Positions 37,892 through 47,290 of a stretch of DNA of 64,000 nt are shown here, one piece after another. The translations under genes and the position numbers were made by a program. This stretch comes from an uncultured bacterium. Lineage in GTDB: Bacteria; Chlamydiota; Chlamydiia; Chlamydiales; SM23-39. The stretch is taken from contig CAZVXF010000004.1 of NCBI GenBank assembly GCA_964630875.1, forward strand, positions 873 to 64,872. The letters run 5' to 3'. How positions within the stretch are numbered: position 1 is the stretch's first letter; every line of letters starts with the position of its first letter. Below the pieces are notes generated by a model. The model was not told the DNA's origin and did not search any database. It worked only from the letters and a program-made list of their open reading frames with translations.

Positions 37892-39537
37892 GAATCTTTC
37901 AATGTCACAATGCGATTAAAGACTGGCTTTCCTGGCTTTGAATCGATCGGATCTACAAAGAAATAACCTTGTCGCTCAAACTGAAAACGATCCCCGCCTT
38001 TCGCTTGAGAGAGCGACTTTTCTAAACGACAATTTTTAAGTACTTCAAGTGAATGAGGGTTTACCTGTTTGAGAAAGTCCTCATTTTCAGTATCGAGTAG
38101 TAAAGGATGATAGAGTCTGACCTCAGCAAGGGTAGAATTTGAAGATACCCAGTGAATGGTCCCTTTCACTTTTCGACCCGTTGGGTTATTCCCGCTACGC
38201 GTTTGGGGATCATAGGTGCAATGAACGGCGACGATTTCCCCATTTGGTCCTTTTTCAACAGATGTGCAAGTAATGCAATATCCATATCGGAGACGCACCT
38301 CTTTTCCTGGAGCTAAACGAAAGAAATCTTTGGGTGGATTTTCCTGGAAATCATCTTGCTCAATGTAGATTTCTTTTGAGAAAGTGACAGGTCTGCTTCC
38401 GGTTTTTGGAATATCGTGCGGCCAATAGGATGCCTCTAGCTCCTCTTGCCCTTCATAATTATCGATGATGACTTTTAGAGGATGCAAGACAGCCATTACG
38501 CGAGGAGCCTTCGTATTGAGATCATCTCTGAGACAAAAGTCAAACTGCGCCATTTCAACCGAACTATTGGCTTTTGCCACCCCAACAAGTTCGCAGAATT
38601 TTCGAATCGCCTCTGGCGTACACCCACGTCTTCGAAGACCTGCGATCGTAGGTAGCCTTGGATCGTCCCATCCATTGACAAATTTGCCTTCAACAAGCTG
38701 CAATAATTTCCGTTTACTCATCACAGTTTGCTGGAGATCAAGACGCGCAAATTCATATTGATGAGGACGAGAAGGAAAAGGTGCTGAGATATGATCTAGA
38801 ACCCAATCATACACTTCTCGGTTATTCTCAAATTCAAGAGTACAAATGGAATGTGTGATTCCTTCGATCGCATCAGAAATTGGATGCGCATAATCATACA
38901 TCGGATAGATACACCAATGATCCCCAGTTCGATAATGATGGGCATGGCGAATACGATAAAGAAGTGGATCGCGCATTTTCATGTTCGCAGATGCCATATC
39001 GATGCGTGCACGCAGAACATATTTACCGTTCGGGAATTCTCCCTTCCTCATACGATGGAACAGATCAAGGTTCTCTTCAACCGTTGCTTTCGCAAAAGGA
39101 CTGATTTTTCCAGCTTGCGTCACAGTCCCTCGATATTCACGAATTTGCTCTTCTGTGAGACCGCAAACGTAGGCTTTTTTGTCGCAAATCAGCTGGCATG
39201 CAAATTCAAACATTTTTTCGAAATAATCTGAGGCATGAAACAGCTTGCCTTGCCAATCAAATCCCAGCCAATGGACATCTTCTTCAATCGATTTTTCGTA
39301 CTTGATGTCTTCTTTAGTAGGGTCTGTATCGTCGAATCGAAGATGACAAACACTTTTATATTCTTCGGCAATTCCGAAGTTTAAGCAGATTGATTTCGCA
39401 TGCCCAATATGGAGAAAACCATTGGGTTCAGGTGGAAAACGGGTAATGACTTTGCTTTGATTTTTTCCCTGTTTTACGTCCTCTTCGATGAGGCGCCGAA
39501 TAAAATCCTTCCCAGGCACTATTTCTGTTTCGCTCAT
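37873..39537 (-). CDS. glnS: glutamine--tRNA ligase
   Basis: Collinear with E. coli GlnRS as I recall it: [18 protein letters not shown] (HIGH), CNLRFDDT-like [27 protein letters not shown] (KMSKS). Confidence 0.95.
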
Positions 39538-39836
39538 ACTATCTCACTTAAAAAGGAACCATTGTATCACAACGAGATCAGTTTTCAAAATTGATTTTTA
39601 TCAAATCATTTTATTAAGCGTAACCACAAATTTTCAATTATTGTACAATTACAATCGCGGAAATTACAATTAATGATTTAAATTTAGATTATACAGATTT
39701 TACAGAAGTAATAAAACCTTCTTTAAAAGTTCAAAAAATCTCCGCTTTTTGCAATCACACTGCTGCAAAAGTCGCTTCCGTATGGGCAGATGTAGCGCAC
39801 AAAAAAGCACTTCTTGCTACTGATGAAAAAGGATTT

Positions 39837-40985
39837 TTAAGGTTTTAATAATCGAGGAATCAACTCGTTTAACTTTTTTTTGTTTTGCTTCACTAAACTT
39901 TGTCCTTCTTTATTCAAACGCAAAAGATTTAATGGCGAAATATCGTCGAGAATTTTCTTAAAACTAGAAATTTCTTCGTTAAAATAATAGATGTCCACAG
40001 GAAAAGGGAATGTTTTATCAAGTAAGATATGATCAAATTGCATCTGGCTATCCAGCAACACGGATAAAATCTCTTCACTCCATTGCAAATCCCCCCATCC
40101 TACTTGTTTACCTGTCGGAATTTTTTCTCCTTTTACTTTTCCCGTGCCTAATGATACGAGAATATATTTCTTCTTAGGATATTCCTTCATTGCGATCAAA
40201 ACGGCTGCCAAACTCGGATTGTTTGCAAAGAGACCGCCATCGACTAATACAAATCTATTTTTTTGAGAACCAAACACGACGCTTGGAAAATATCCAGGCG
40301 GAGAAACAGCTCCCATGAGAAGATCAGAAACTGCAAAATTAATATCTAGGAGTCCATCTTGCTTCCAATTCACAAAAAGTAGTGGCGATTGTTCTCTAAC
40401 TCCATAAGCTGGAATGATCATGTTCGTAAGTAATTGATCAAAATATGTATTCCCAAGATATTCTTTAAAAACATCATATCGCTCGGACGTCATGTATTTT
40501 GGACCTAAAATTCCATTTAAGGTCAAAATCCGATGATACCAAGGGTTATAGAAAATTTTTTTCCCATCTTTTCGATAAATATTGATCGCATCTGTTGCAG
40601 AATATTTGGGTTTATTATTTTCTCCAGGAATCGTTAAAAGAACAGAAAGGAGAGCCCCTGTTGATGTCCCCATAATGACATCGAATAATTCTGCAATCGG
40701 TTTTTTACTTTTCTTTTCGATATATTCCAAAATGTGTGCGGGCAATAGACCATAAACGCCGCCCCCGTCGATCGCAAGAATCCGAATATATTCCTGATCA
40801 TCTTTCGACGGCAAAGTGCGCTGCATCGGCCGTGGATCTTGGTCGAGATGAGAGTACACAGAAAGGATCGCACTTCTCTGCTGAAATGGATAATAAACGT
40901 AAATTCCAACGATCACAAAAAACGAAATCGCGATCGTCGTTAGATATGGATACTTGATAAATGGGGCTTTAAGGTATCTCTTCAT
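39837..40985 (-). CDS. patatin-like phospholipase with N-terminal TM anchor
   Basis: ILAIDGGGVYG (oxyanion Gly-rich loop), GTSTGA (GxSxG nucleophile), VDGGLFANNP (catalytic Asp DGG). N-terminal hydrophobic helix YLTTIAISFFVIVGIYVYY. Confidence 0.85.
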   Translation of the reverse strand: MKRYLKAPFIKYPYLTTIAISFFVIVGIYVYYPFQQRSAILSVYSHLDQDPRPMQRTLPSKDDQEYIRILAIDGGGVYGLLPAHILEYIEKKSKKPIAELFDVIMGTSTGALLSVLLTIPGENNKPKYSATDAINIYRKDGKKIFYNPWYHRILTLNGILGPKYMTSERYDVFKEYLGNTYFDQLLTNMIIPAYGVREQSPLLFVNWKQDGLLDINFAVSDLLMGAVSPPGYFPSVVFGSQKNRFVLVDGGLFANNPSLAAVLIAMKEYPKKKYILVSLGTGKVKGEKIPTGKQVGWGDLQWSEEILSVLLDSQMQFDHILLDKTFPFPVDIYYFNEEISSFKKILDDISPLNLLRLNKEGQSLVKQNKKKLNELIPRLLKP

Positions 40986-41021
40986 AAAATCACATATATC
41001 ATATACTCAAAATTTAATTGA

Positions 41022-41744
41022 ATGAAAACAGGCAGTCTTTTTTTTGGTGTTGAAGTGAATAGTCCATGGCCAGAGATCTGGCCTGAGGGAAGAGTCATTG
41101 AAGAGCCTTTTCGTCATATTACCATAGATTTTTTAGGAAACAAAAGAGTTGAGCTGCCCAAGATTGCTCCAATGATTGGAACATGCGGTTTTTTTGATCA
41201 AACGATCTTTCCCAATTCGCGTTGCGTTTCTTGGCATGTTCACTTCTTGAATCAAGAGATTGCAACTTTGCAAAAACAAATTTCTGACAAACCATGGTTG
41301 CCCCATCTCACTGTGTGCAGAAAGCCCTTTCATCGAGATGAGTGGGCGGCTTTTTTCCGACCACTCCCCTGTTTTGCAAAGGCATTACATCTTTATAAAA
41401 GTCTCGGGTTTTCTCATTATGAAACTCTCTGGTCTCACGCATTTTTACCGCCTTTTGAGGAGATTGAACATACTGCCGATGTCGCATTTAATATTTTTGG
41501 GATAAATCTCGATCATCTTTATGAAAATGCATTTACAGCGCTAGCATTCAAACATCCACCTCTTGTTCTGTTATGGAAACCAAAGCATATAGCAACTCTT
41601 GATGAAGTCATTATCGCACTCAATAAAGTTGTTCAAGCTGCGGATCGTACTGAAGGGTGTCCATTTAAAGCTGTCAGCTTTCATGGAGAAGTTAAGCCAT
41701 TTCAACAACAATTTATCCAGTGGGAAATGATCATCGATGTTTAA
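41022..41744 (+). CDS. 2H-phosphoesterase (LigT/ThpR-like) fused to archease
   Basis: Two HxT motifs (H32-I-T, H95-L-T) in the N-terminal ~140 aa. The C-terminal ~95 aa carries FEEIEHTADVAFNIFG...LYENAF...KAVSFHGEVKP...WEMIIDV, the archease pattern (EHTAD..., KA.T.H, ...DV end). Confidence 0.7.
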   Translation: MKTGSLFFGVEVNSPWPEIWPEGRVIEEPFRHITIDFLGNKRVELPKIAPMIGTCGFFDQTIFPNSRCVSWHVHFLNQEIATLQKQISDKPWLPHLTVCRKPFHRDEWAAFFRPLPCFAKALHLYKSLGFSHYETLWSHAFLPPFEEIEHTADVAFNIFGINLDHLYENAFTALAFKHPPLVLLWKPKHIATLDEVIIALNKVVQAADRTEGCPFKAVSFHGEVKPFQQQFIQWEMIIDV

Positions 41745-43140
41745 GAAAATAAACCCCTCTACGTATCTTATCCCGCAAGAAGGACAAATGCGCGTGCCAG
41801 GCCTCTTGATTGCGAATGAAAACCAAATCGATGCAAGCTTAGAAAAAGCGCTCACTCAAGTGCGCAATGTCGCTTGCCTTCCTGGGATAGTTGGCTATAG
41901 CATCGCGATGCCTGATATTCATTGGGGATATGGATTTCCAATTGGTGGGGTTGCGGCAATGGATTTGGAAACTGGCGTGATTAGCCCAGGCGGAGTAGGA
42001 TATGATATCAATTGTGGTGTCCGAATCGGTATCGCTCCGATTCCTTTTGCAAGTCTTTCAGGCAGTATAAAAAAATCACTCTTGGATGTCATTTTCCGCA
42101 ATATTCCATCAGGAACAGGTCAAGGTCATGTTGGCAAAAAGCTTACGGACGCAGACTACAAAAAAATTGCAGAAAAGGGAGTTCGCTTTTCGATTGAACA
42201 GGGCTACGGATTTCAAAAAGACTTAGATCATATCGAAAGTGATGGAATGTTAGACGGTGCTGATCTTACATGCGTTTCAAAAGATGCCAAAGAGCGTGGA
42301 ATGAGCCAGCTTGGCTCCATTGGTTCAGGAAATCATTTTGTGGAAATTGGAGAAGTAGGAACCCTATTTGATCTCGAGGCCGCAAAGCATTGGAAGATTG
42401 AACTTGGTATGACCTATGTGCTGGTTCATTCCGGATCACGCGGTTTTGGCCATCAAGTATGTTCGGATTATCTCACAAAATATATTCAAGCAGGATATGC
42501 TGAAAATCTTCCTGACCGTCAACTTTGCGCCGCACCCATCAATAGCGATTTAGGTAAACAATATTGGGCAGCCATGGCATGTGCCGCAAACTATGCATTT
42601 AATAATCGACAACAGATTTTTCATGGCGTTAGAAAAGCGTTTCAGGAAACATGTGCACTAGATCCTGAAAAACTATTTCTAGTTTACGATGTATGTCATA
42701 ACATCGCCAAAATGGAAACACATGGAGGAAAAAAGCTTTGCGTTCATCGAAAAGGTGCAACACGTGCTTTTGGAAAGGAATCACTTGAGTTATCTCCAAT
42801 CTTTCGCCGGACTGGCCAACCAGTTCTTGTTCCTGGCGACATGGGAAAAGCAAGTCATTTGATGGTAGGTCTAGGAAATCCCCTCACATGGTGTAGTTCT
42901 TGTCACGGTGCTGGTCGCGCAAAAAGCCGCGTACAATCCATGGCATTTTGGAAAGGAAAAAGCGCCCAAGAACATATGCTCAGTCAAGGAGTGCAGGTAG
43001 CTGCGCATTCGTATCGAACGATCGCGGAAGAAATGCCTGACGCGTATAAAGATGTCGATTTAGTTGTCGATGCAGTTCAAGAAGCAGGACTTGCCAAGAA
43101 AGTTGCGAGACTCAAACCAGCTCTCGTATTAAAGGGTTAA
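41737..43140 (+). CDS. rtcB: RNA-splicing ligase RtcB
   Basis: MPDIHWGYGFPIGGV, GGVGYDINCGVR, GSGNHFVE, HSGSRGFGHQ and HGAGR motifs. It overlaps the upstream gene by 8 nt. Confidence 0.95.
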   Translation: MFKKINPSTYLIPQEGQMRVPGLLIANENQIDASLEKALTQVRNVACLPGIVGYSIAMPDIHWGYGFPIGGVAAMDLETGVISPGGVGYDINCGVRIGIAPIPFASLSGSIKKSLLDVIFRNIPSGTGQGHVGKKLTDADYKKIAEKGVRFSIEQGYGFQKDLDHIESDGMLDGADLTCVSKDAKERGMSQLGSIGSGNHFVEIGEVGTLFDLEAAKHWKIELGMTYVLVHSGSRGFGHQVCSDYLTKYIQAGYAENLPDRQLCAAPINSDLGKQYWAAMACAANYAFNNRQQIFHGVRKAFQETCALDPEKLFLVYDVCHNIAKMETHGGKKLCVHRKGATRAFGKESLELSPIFRRTGQPVLVPGDMGKASHLMVGLGNPLTWCSSCHGAGRAKSRVQSMAFWKGKSAQEHMLSQGVQVAAHSYRTIAEEMPDAYKDVDLVVDAVQEAGLAKKVARLKPALVLKG

Positions 43141-44081
43141 TAATAAGAGACTAGAGAAAGGATCCCATTCACAAACTGGGGAACGTTTCGACCTGCAATT
43201 GAAAACCATACGCCTCCAATGATTCCTAAATCTCTACTAAAATTGTATTCGATCGCAGGCGCTAAACTCCATTCTTCTCCTGAATGCCTTGTTGATTTTA
43301 AACCATGCCCTGAAAAACGGGTACGATTTAGATGTCTATATCTAAAATCACAAGCAGCAACCCAATTTCTTGTGAGACTATATTGCAAGGCTGAGTCTAA
43401 GGTCCAATAATTTCCTGGATAAACAGTTCCTTTGGTTGTGTTATCCCCTCCATACGTATTAAAACCTCTTACATGAACGGGCACTCCAAAACGGTAACTT
43501 GCAGTCCATCGCACATCCAAGTAGTGTGGTCCCGAAAAGTACCAAAGCTGAGAAAGAAATAATCCAATCCCTGGAAACCAGCAACCTGAGCCTGAAGCGT
43601 CAGTCTTTTTTTTGTGCGCATTCAGATGCTGATATTTACCTGTTGGCGCATTCCCAATCAGCGAAAGCTTTAAGTTCGGTCCATTATGGATTGTTCTTTG
43701 ACGCAAGATTTGCAATCCAAAAGCAAAAGGGAGATCGCCAACATTAAAGGCTCTCGCATGTTCAGTGAAATGATATACAATCCGAGGAGCTACTTGAAAA
43801 TCAACGCGATCAAAAAGTCCGATCTTAATTTGTGTACGCAATTCTTCAGTATAGAAATTCTCAATCGACTTTGCTTTCCAATCAGAGTCATCATCTGCAA
43901 TATTGGCGAATGTGTCCCAATAAATCTGAAGTTTCATATGTCCCGCTGCAACGACGCGCGCAGAAGGAGCAAGGAGAGGACCTGTAAACCAAGGCACGGG
44001 AAGATTTCCAAAATACATGCCTTGAGTTTCTTCTTCAGCGAAAACAGAAACAAACAGAAAAACAAACAGGAAATAGCGCAT
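43137..44081 (-). CDS. porin-like outer-membrane beta-barrel protein (paralogue of 4841..5821)
   Basis: Signal peptide MRYFLFVFLFVSVFA, then VPWFTGPLL, PTGKYQHLN, RGFNTYGG and APAIEYN. It ends ...LVSYY (aromatic terminus). Confidence 0.7.
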   Translation of the reverse strand: MRYFLFVFLFVSVFAEEETQGMYFGNLPVPWFTGPLLAPSARVVAAGHMKLQIYWDTFANIADDDSDWKAKSIENFYTEELRTQIKIGLFDRVDFQVAPRIVYHFTEHARAFNVGDLPFAFGLQILRQRTIHNGPNLKLSLIGNAPTGKYQHLNAHKKKTDASGSGCWFPGIGLFLSQLWYFSGPHYLDVRWTASYRFGVPVHVRGFNTYGGDNTTKGTVYPGNYWTLDSALQYSLTRNWVAACDFRYRHLNRTRFSGHGLKSTRHSGEEWSLAPAIEYNFSRDLGIIGGVWFSIAGRNVPQFVNGILSLVSYY

Positions 44082-44137
44082 AGAAATGAAGTTTAATCAA
44101 TGCAAAAAAATCTAGCAAGTTACGATTTTACACCATG

Positions 44138-44191
44138 AAAGGAATTGCAAAACTCCAATTGATACCCAAACAACCTCAAAAATCGGTTTTT
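44138..44191. repeat. junction of a MITE-family solo end and a half copy of the 16058 palindrome
   Basis: gaaaggaattgcaaaactcca (MITE end) is followed 5 nt later by atacccaaacaacctcaaaaatcggttttt, which matches 16059..16088 at 29/30. The right arm of the palindrome is missing. Confidence 0.75.
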
Positions 44192-44242
44192 AAGCTGCGC
44201 GAAAGCTGCCGAATTTCAACGATCGCAAGTGCCTTAATAATA

Positions 44243-45208
44243 TCACTCTAGGATCCATTCTTCTAATAGAGAATCAAGCCAGAAAAAGCCTCGTGGCGAT
44301 TTGGGATGTCCAAGATATCCCATATGACCCCCTTTTTTGGTTTTATAGATTTGTATATTTTTTGGAAGATCTTCATCATCGAAAGCACTATGAGCGACAA
44401 TTGGATCATCTTGAGCAAATAGAATTTTGCACGGAATCGAAATCAGTTCTACATAATCTTTCGAACTACATTTTGCATAGTAATCTTCGACATCCTCAAA
44501 ACCTACTCGCGGAGCTGTATAGAGCTCATCAAACTTATAAAGAGATAGATCTTGAGGCAAATCGACTGGAGGAAGATCAAATGTTTTGTGCAAGAAATCA
44601 ACTTCTTCACGAATTAACTTATAAAAGTAACGATTATATACTCCTTTAGCAACACCTTCAACAAGCGTTGCACTCGAGCGCATGTCTACAGGCGGACAAA
44701 TGGCAATAACGCTCTTGATAAACCGATGCCCGAAAGACCCCATCTCTCCGACCATCTTTAACACGATATTACCCCCAAGTGAAAATCCGATTAATGTAAT
44801 CGGAGAATGGGGAAATTGTTTTTTTAGAAATTTTACAGCTTCAAAAAGATCATCACTGCGACCGCTATGAAAGATTTGCTTCGCATGTCCTCGTCCAGAG
44901 CCACATCCTCGCATATTAAATCGAACAACCTTAATCCCATGAGGGGTAAGTCGATTCACAAGACGCATCAAATAGGAAGATTCATGCGATCCACAAAGAC
45001 CATGTACACACAAAATTGTCGGATCAGTCTCTTTCCAGTTATCAGGAGTTGTAGATTCTAACACTAACTTATCACCATCTTCTAGAGCGACAAAGTCTTG
45101 CGTAGATCTAGGTTTAGAAATCCACCACTTTGTTGTGGAAAGCCAAGCTTGAAGGTGCGGATCACCAAACATTGGACAAGGATCGAAAGGAAGTTCTTGG
45201 CTGCCCAT
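44243..45208 (-). CDS. alpha/beta hydrolase (YheT/ABHD1-3-like)
   Basis: VHGLCGSHESSY and the nucleophile elbow GFSLGGN, with C-terminal ...DDPIV... and ...GGHMGY... (Asp/His region). Confidence 0.8.
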   Translation of the reverse strand: MGSQELPFDPCPMFGDPHLQAWLSTTKWWISKPRSTQDFVALEDGDKLVLESTTPDNWKETDPTILCVHGLCGSHESSYLMRLVNRLTPHGIKVVRFNMRGCGSGRGHAKQIFHSGRSDDLFEAVKFLKKQFPHSPITLIGFSLGGNIVLKMVGEMGSFGHRFIKSVIAICPPVDMRSSATLVEGVAKGVYNRYFYKLIREEVDFLHKTFDLPPVDLPQDLSLYKFDELYTAPRVGFEDVEDYYAKCSSKDYVELISIPCKILFAQDDPIVAHSAFDDEDLPKNIQIYKTKKGGHMGYLGHPKSPRGFFWLDSLLEEWILE

Positions 45209-45309
45209 ATATCATCATTATATAACTATAATGCATAATATAATCAAATTTGCAATTAAGTAATTAATTCTTCGGCTCTTATAATTATACTTACGTAAAA
45301 CTCAGAGAA

Positions 45310-45825
45310 TTAGTGAAAGGGAAAGCCTTTTGATATTGGAATATCATAAAATAGTACGAACGACTCTTCGCCTGGATTTCTCCATCCGATACTTGCATTT
45401 GAGAGATGATAAAAGTGAACGCCGAGACGACTTTTATCACAAAATTGCCAAGCAAGTTCTACACCGCTGCGAAACTCTAATGGAAAACCAAGATCGCGGC
45501 CATCGCCTTTGATGAAATATCCTGCAGCAAATCCTGGTGCGAATAACAGATGCTCAAAAAAAACAAGATCGAAATTCAATCCAGCATAAAAATATTTCGT
45601 TCCACGCATTGTCATGAGCGCGCCAATTAAAGGACGAAATTCTAGATGTGGGTTTGGACTCTTCAGACATCTCAAATGAAATTTGTATTCAAGAGCAAAC
45701 TCTTGTGTTCGCCATCGATCTTGAAGCAAATTGTATACACCAGTTGCTACTGAGAAATAATCAGGCGGTGGAGTTGCATGCAGTGAACAGAAAGTAAGTA
45801 GAGTAATTAACAAAAAACTTCGCAT
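45310..45825 (-). CDS. PagL-like lipid A deacylase / acyloxyacyl hydrolase family OMP (tentative)
   Basis: Signal peptide MRSFLLITLLTFCSLHA, a small beta-barrel pattern and a FYHLSNA (H-x-S) motif near the C-terminus as in PagL. I prefer the ATG at 45825. Confidence 0.55.
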   Translation of the reverse strand: MRSFLLITLLTFCSLHATPPPDYFSVATGVYNLLQDRWRTQEFALEYKFHLRCLKSPNPHLEFRPLIGALMTMRGTKYFYAGLNFDLVFFEHLLFAPGFAAGYFIKGDGRDLGFPLEFRSGVELAWQFCDKSRLGVHFYHLSNASIGWRNPGEESFVLFYDIPISKGFPFH

Positions 45826-45871
45826 TAAATCCGAACTCCTGATATTTTTGTTGATTTTACATGGAGATTCT

Positions 45872-46495
45872 ATGAACCACAAATATTTAAAATCCATTTT
45901 TCTTGCTATGATTATTCCAACTCTTAGCTTCGCGCAAGAGCATTATCCTGTTGGAGAAAGACCGAAAGAAAAAAAAGAAAAAGAAGTATCCTCCAATTTT
46001 TTCATCAATTCATATCCTGTGAACTATTTTCCTTTAGGAATGCATTGCCTACTCTCTGTTTCTGCGTTTGGAGATAGTTTAGACATCGAAGATGGATCTC
46101 GATGGAAAATTTCTCCATATGATGCTGCAAAAGTCGCAAGCTGGGGTTCTCAAGATCCGTTAATTATTACACAAAACCATGATTGGTTTTCTCGATATAA
46201 CTATAGAATCATAAATCATGCAACTGGAGGAACTCTAGTCGCCAATTTGCATCTAGGTCCTTTTAAAAATGGTCCGTACACTCGCTACATTCAATCCATC
46301 AATCCATTGCTCGGTGAAATTGTTCTTAACGATTTGACTCGTTGGCAAGTATCCTTCCTAGACCATGGTTCTTTGATTGAGTGGTATGTCAATGATGCAA
46401 TCATTATTGGTTACAATAGTGGTTGGGATGCTGATTGCCAAGGTTTGCTCATTAATGTGAATAAAAATGAACACATTCGCGCAGCACAATTTTAA
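45872..46495 (+). CDS. hypothetical secreted protein
   Basis: Signal peptide MNHKYLKSIFLAMIIPTLSFAQE, with GGAG 6 nt upstream of the ATG at 45872. It is the first gene of a long, tightly packed plus-strand array. Confidence 0.55.
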   Translation: MNHKYLKSIFLAMIIPTLSFAQEHYPVGERPKEKKEKEVSSNFFINSYPVNYFPLGMHCLLSVSAFGDSLDIEDGSRWKISPYDAAKVASWGSQDPLIITQNHDWFSRYNYRIINHATGGTLVANLHLGPFKNGPYTRYIQSINPLLGEIVLNDLTRWQVSFLDHGSLIEWYVNDAIIIGYNSGWDADCQGLLINVNKNEHIRAAQF

Positions 46496-46503
46496 GGGAA
46501 ACC

Positions 46504-47025
46504 ATGATAATTCCATCTGTCAGACATGATCCGCAAAATGTTATTGGAAGGGTTGAGTATTGTTTAAATTCTCGGGTCAGTATTCTTGCAATTGGAATTA
46601 TTAGCTCTGCGGCGGTTCTTGCAATCGTACAACCGCCGGCGGCTCTAGTGCTCGCAACGGTCATCATCGCTGTCTCTATTGCTGCGGCGTTTCCTCACCC
46701 TATATCGATTAGACACAGACCAACTCATGTAAGAGAAATCCCAGAGTTATTGAATTCACCAATGGATACCTATACTCGATGGAGAGATGTTCCCTCTGAT
46801 GCTTTGCGAGTTTTGCACCTTCCTTCCTCTTTGCCTCGCTTTGAGCCCACTTGGATAAGACGACCAGAGCCAGTTCAACCTGAGCGAGTTCCCGTTGGAG
46901 CGACTCCTGCAAAACGACCAGAGCCAGTTCGACAAAATTCAATACCCGAAAGAGTTCCTGTGGGTCGAAACGAAAATAAACAAGTTCAACAAAATTCTGA
47001 GCGAGTTCCCGTTGGAGTGAGATGA
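46504..47025 (+). CDS. hypothetical membrane protein, Inc-like bilobed hydrophobic domain, C-terminal (E/Q)RVPVG repeats
   Basis: SILAIGIISSAAVLAIV-QPP-AALVLATVIIAVSIAAAF gives two adjacent TM halves. The C-terminus has ERVPVG three times and RPEPV twice. Confidence 0.5.
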   Translation: MIIPSVRHDPQNVIGRVEYCLNSRVSILAIGIISSAAVLAIVQPPAALVLATVIIAVSIAAAFPHPISIRHRPTHVREIPELLNSPMDTYTRWRDVPSDALRVLHLPSSLPRFEPTWIRRPEPVQPERVPVGATPAKRPEPVRQNSIPERVPVGRNENKQVQQNSERVPVGVR

Positions 47026-47282
47026 ACTGCTGGAAATGCGCAAAAAAGCTTGATGAAGGCATGCACATTAGGTTTCGAACGGTTTGTCATCATTGCGATG
47101 TAGATTTGCACGTTTGCATCAACTGCAAATATTTTGCGCCTAGTAAACCAAATGACTGCATTGTTCCTGGAATAGATAACATTCGAGATAAGGAACGAGC
47201 AAATCTGTGCGAAGAATTTACACCACTGCAAAACAGGCCTTCTGTTCAAATCAAACAGAAATTCAACGATCTATTTAAATAG
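47022..47282 (+). CDS. small zinc-ribbon protein
   Basis: 86 aa with CWKC...CHHC...CINC (three CxxC pairs). Its start overlaps the upstream stop by 4 nt. Confidence 0.6.
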   Translation: MNCWKCAKKLDEGMHIRFRTVCHHCDVDLHVCINCKYFAPSKPNDCIVPGIDNIRDKERANLCEEFTPLQNRPSVQIKQKFNDLFK

Positions 47283-47290
47283 GAAATACA

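Noticed and set aside
39624-39848. 75-codon stop-free frame (…DFTEVIKPSLKVQKISAFCNHTAAKVASVWADVAHKKALLATDEKGFLRF) in the glnS-patatin intergenic region
   Set aside because: The frame contains no ATG, GTG or TTG and I recognise no motif. It may be the decayed C-terminus of a lost gene, but I cannot support that without a homology search.
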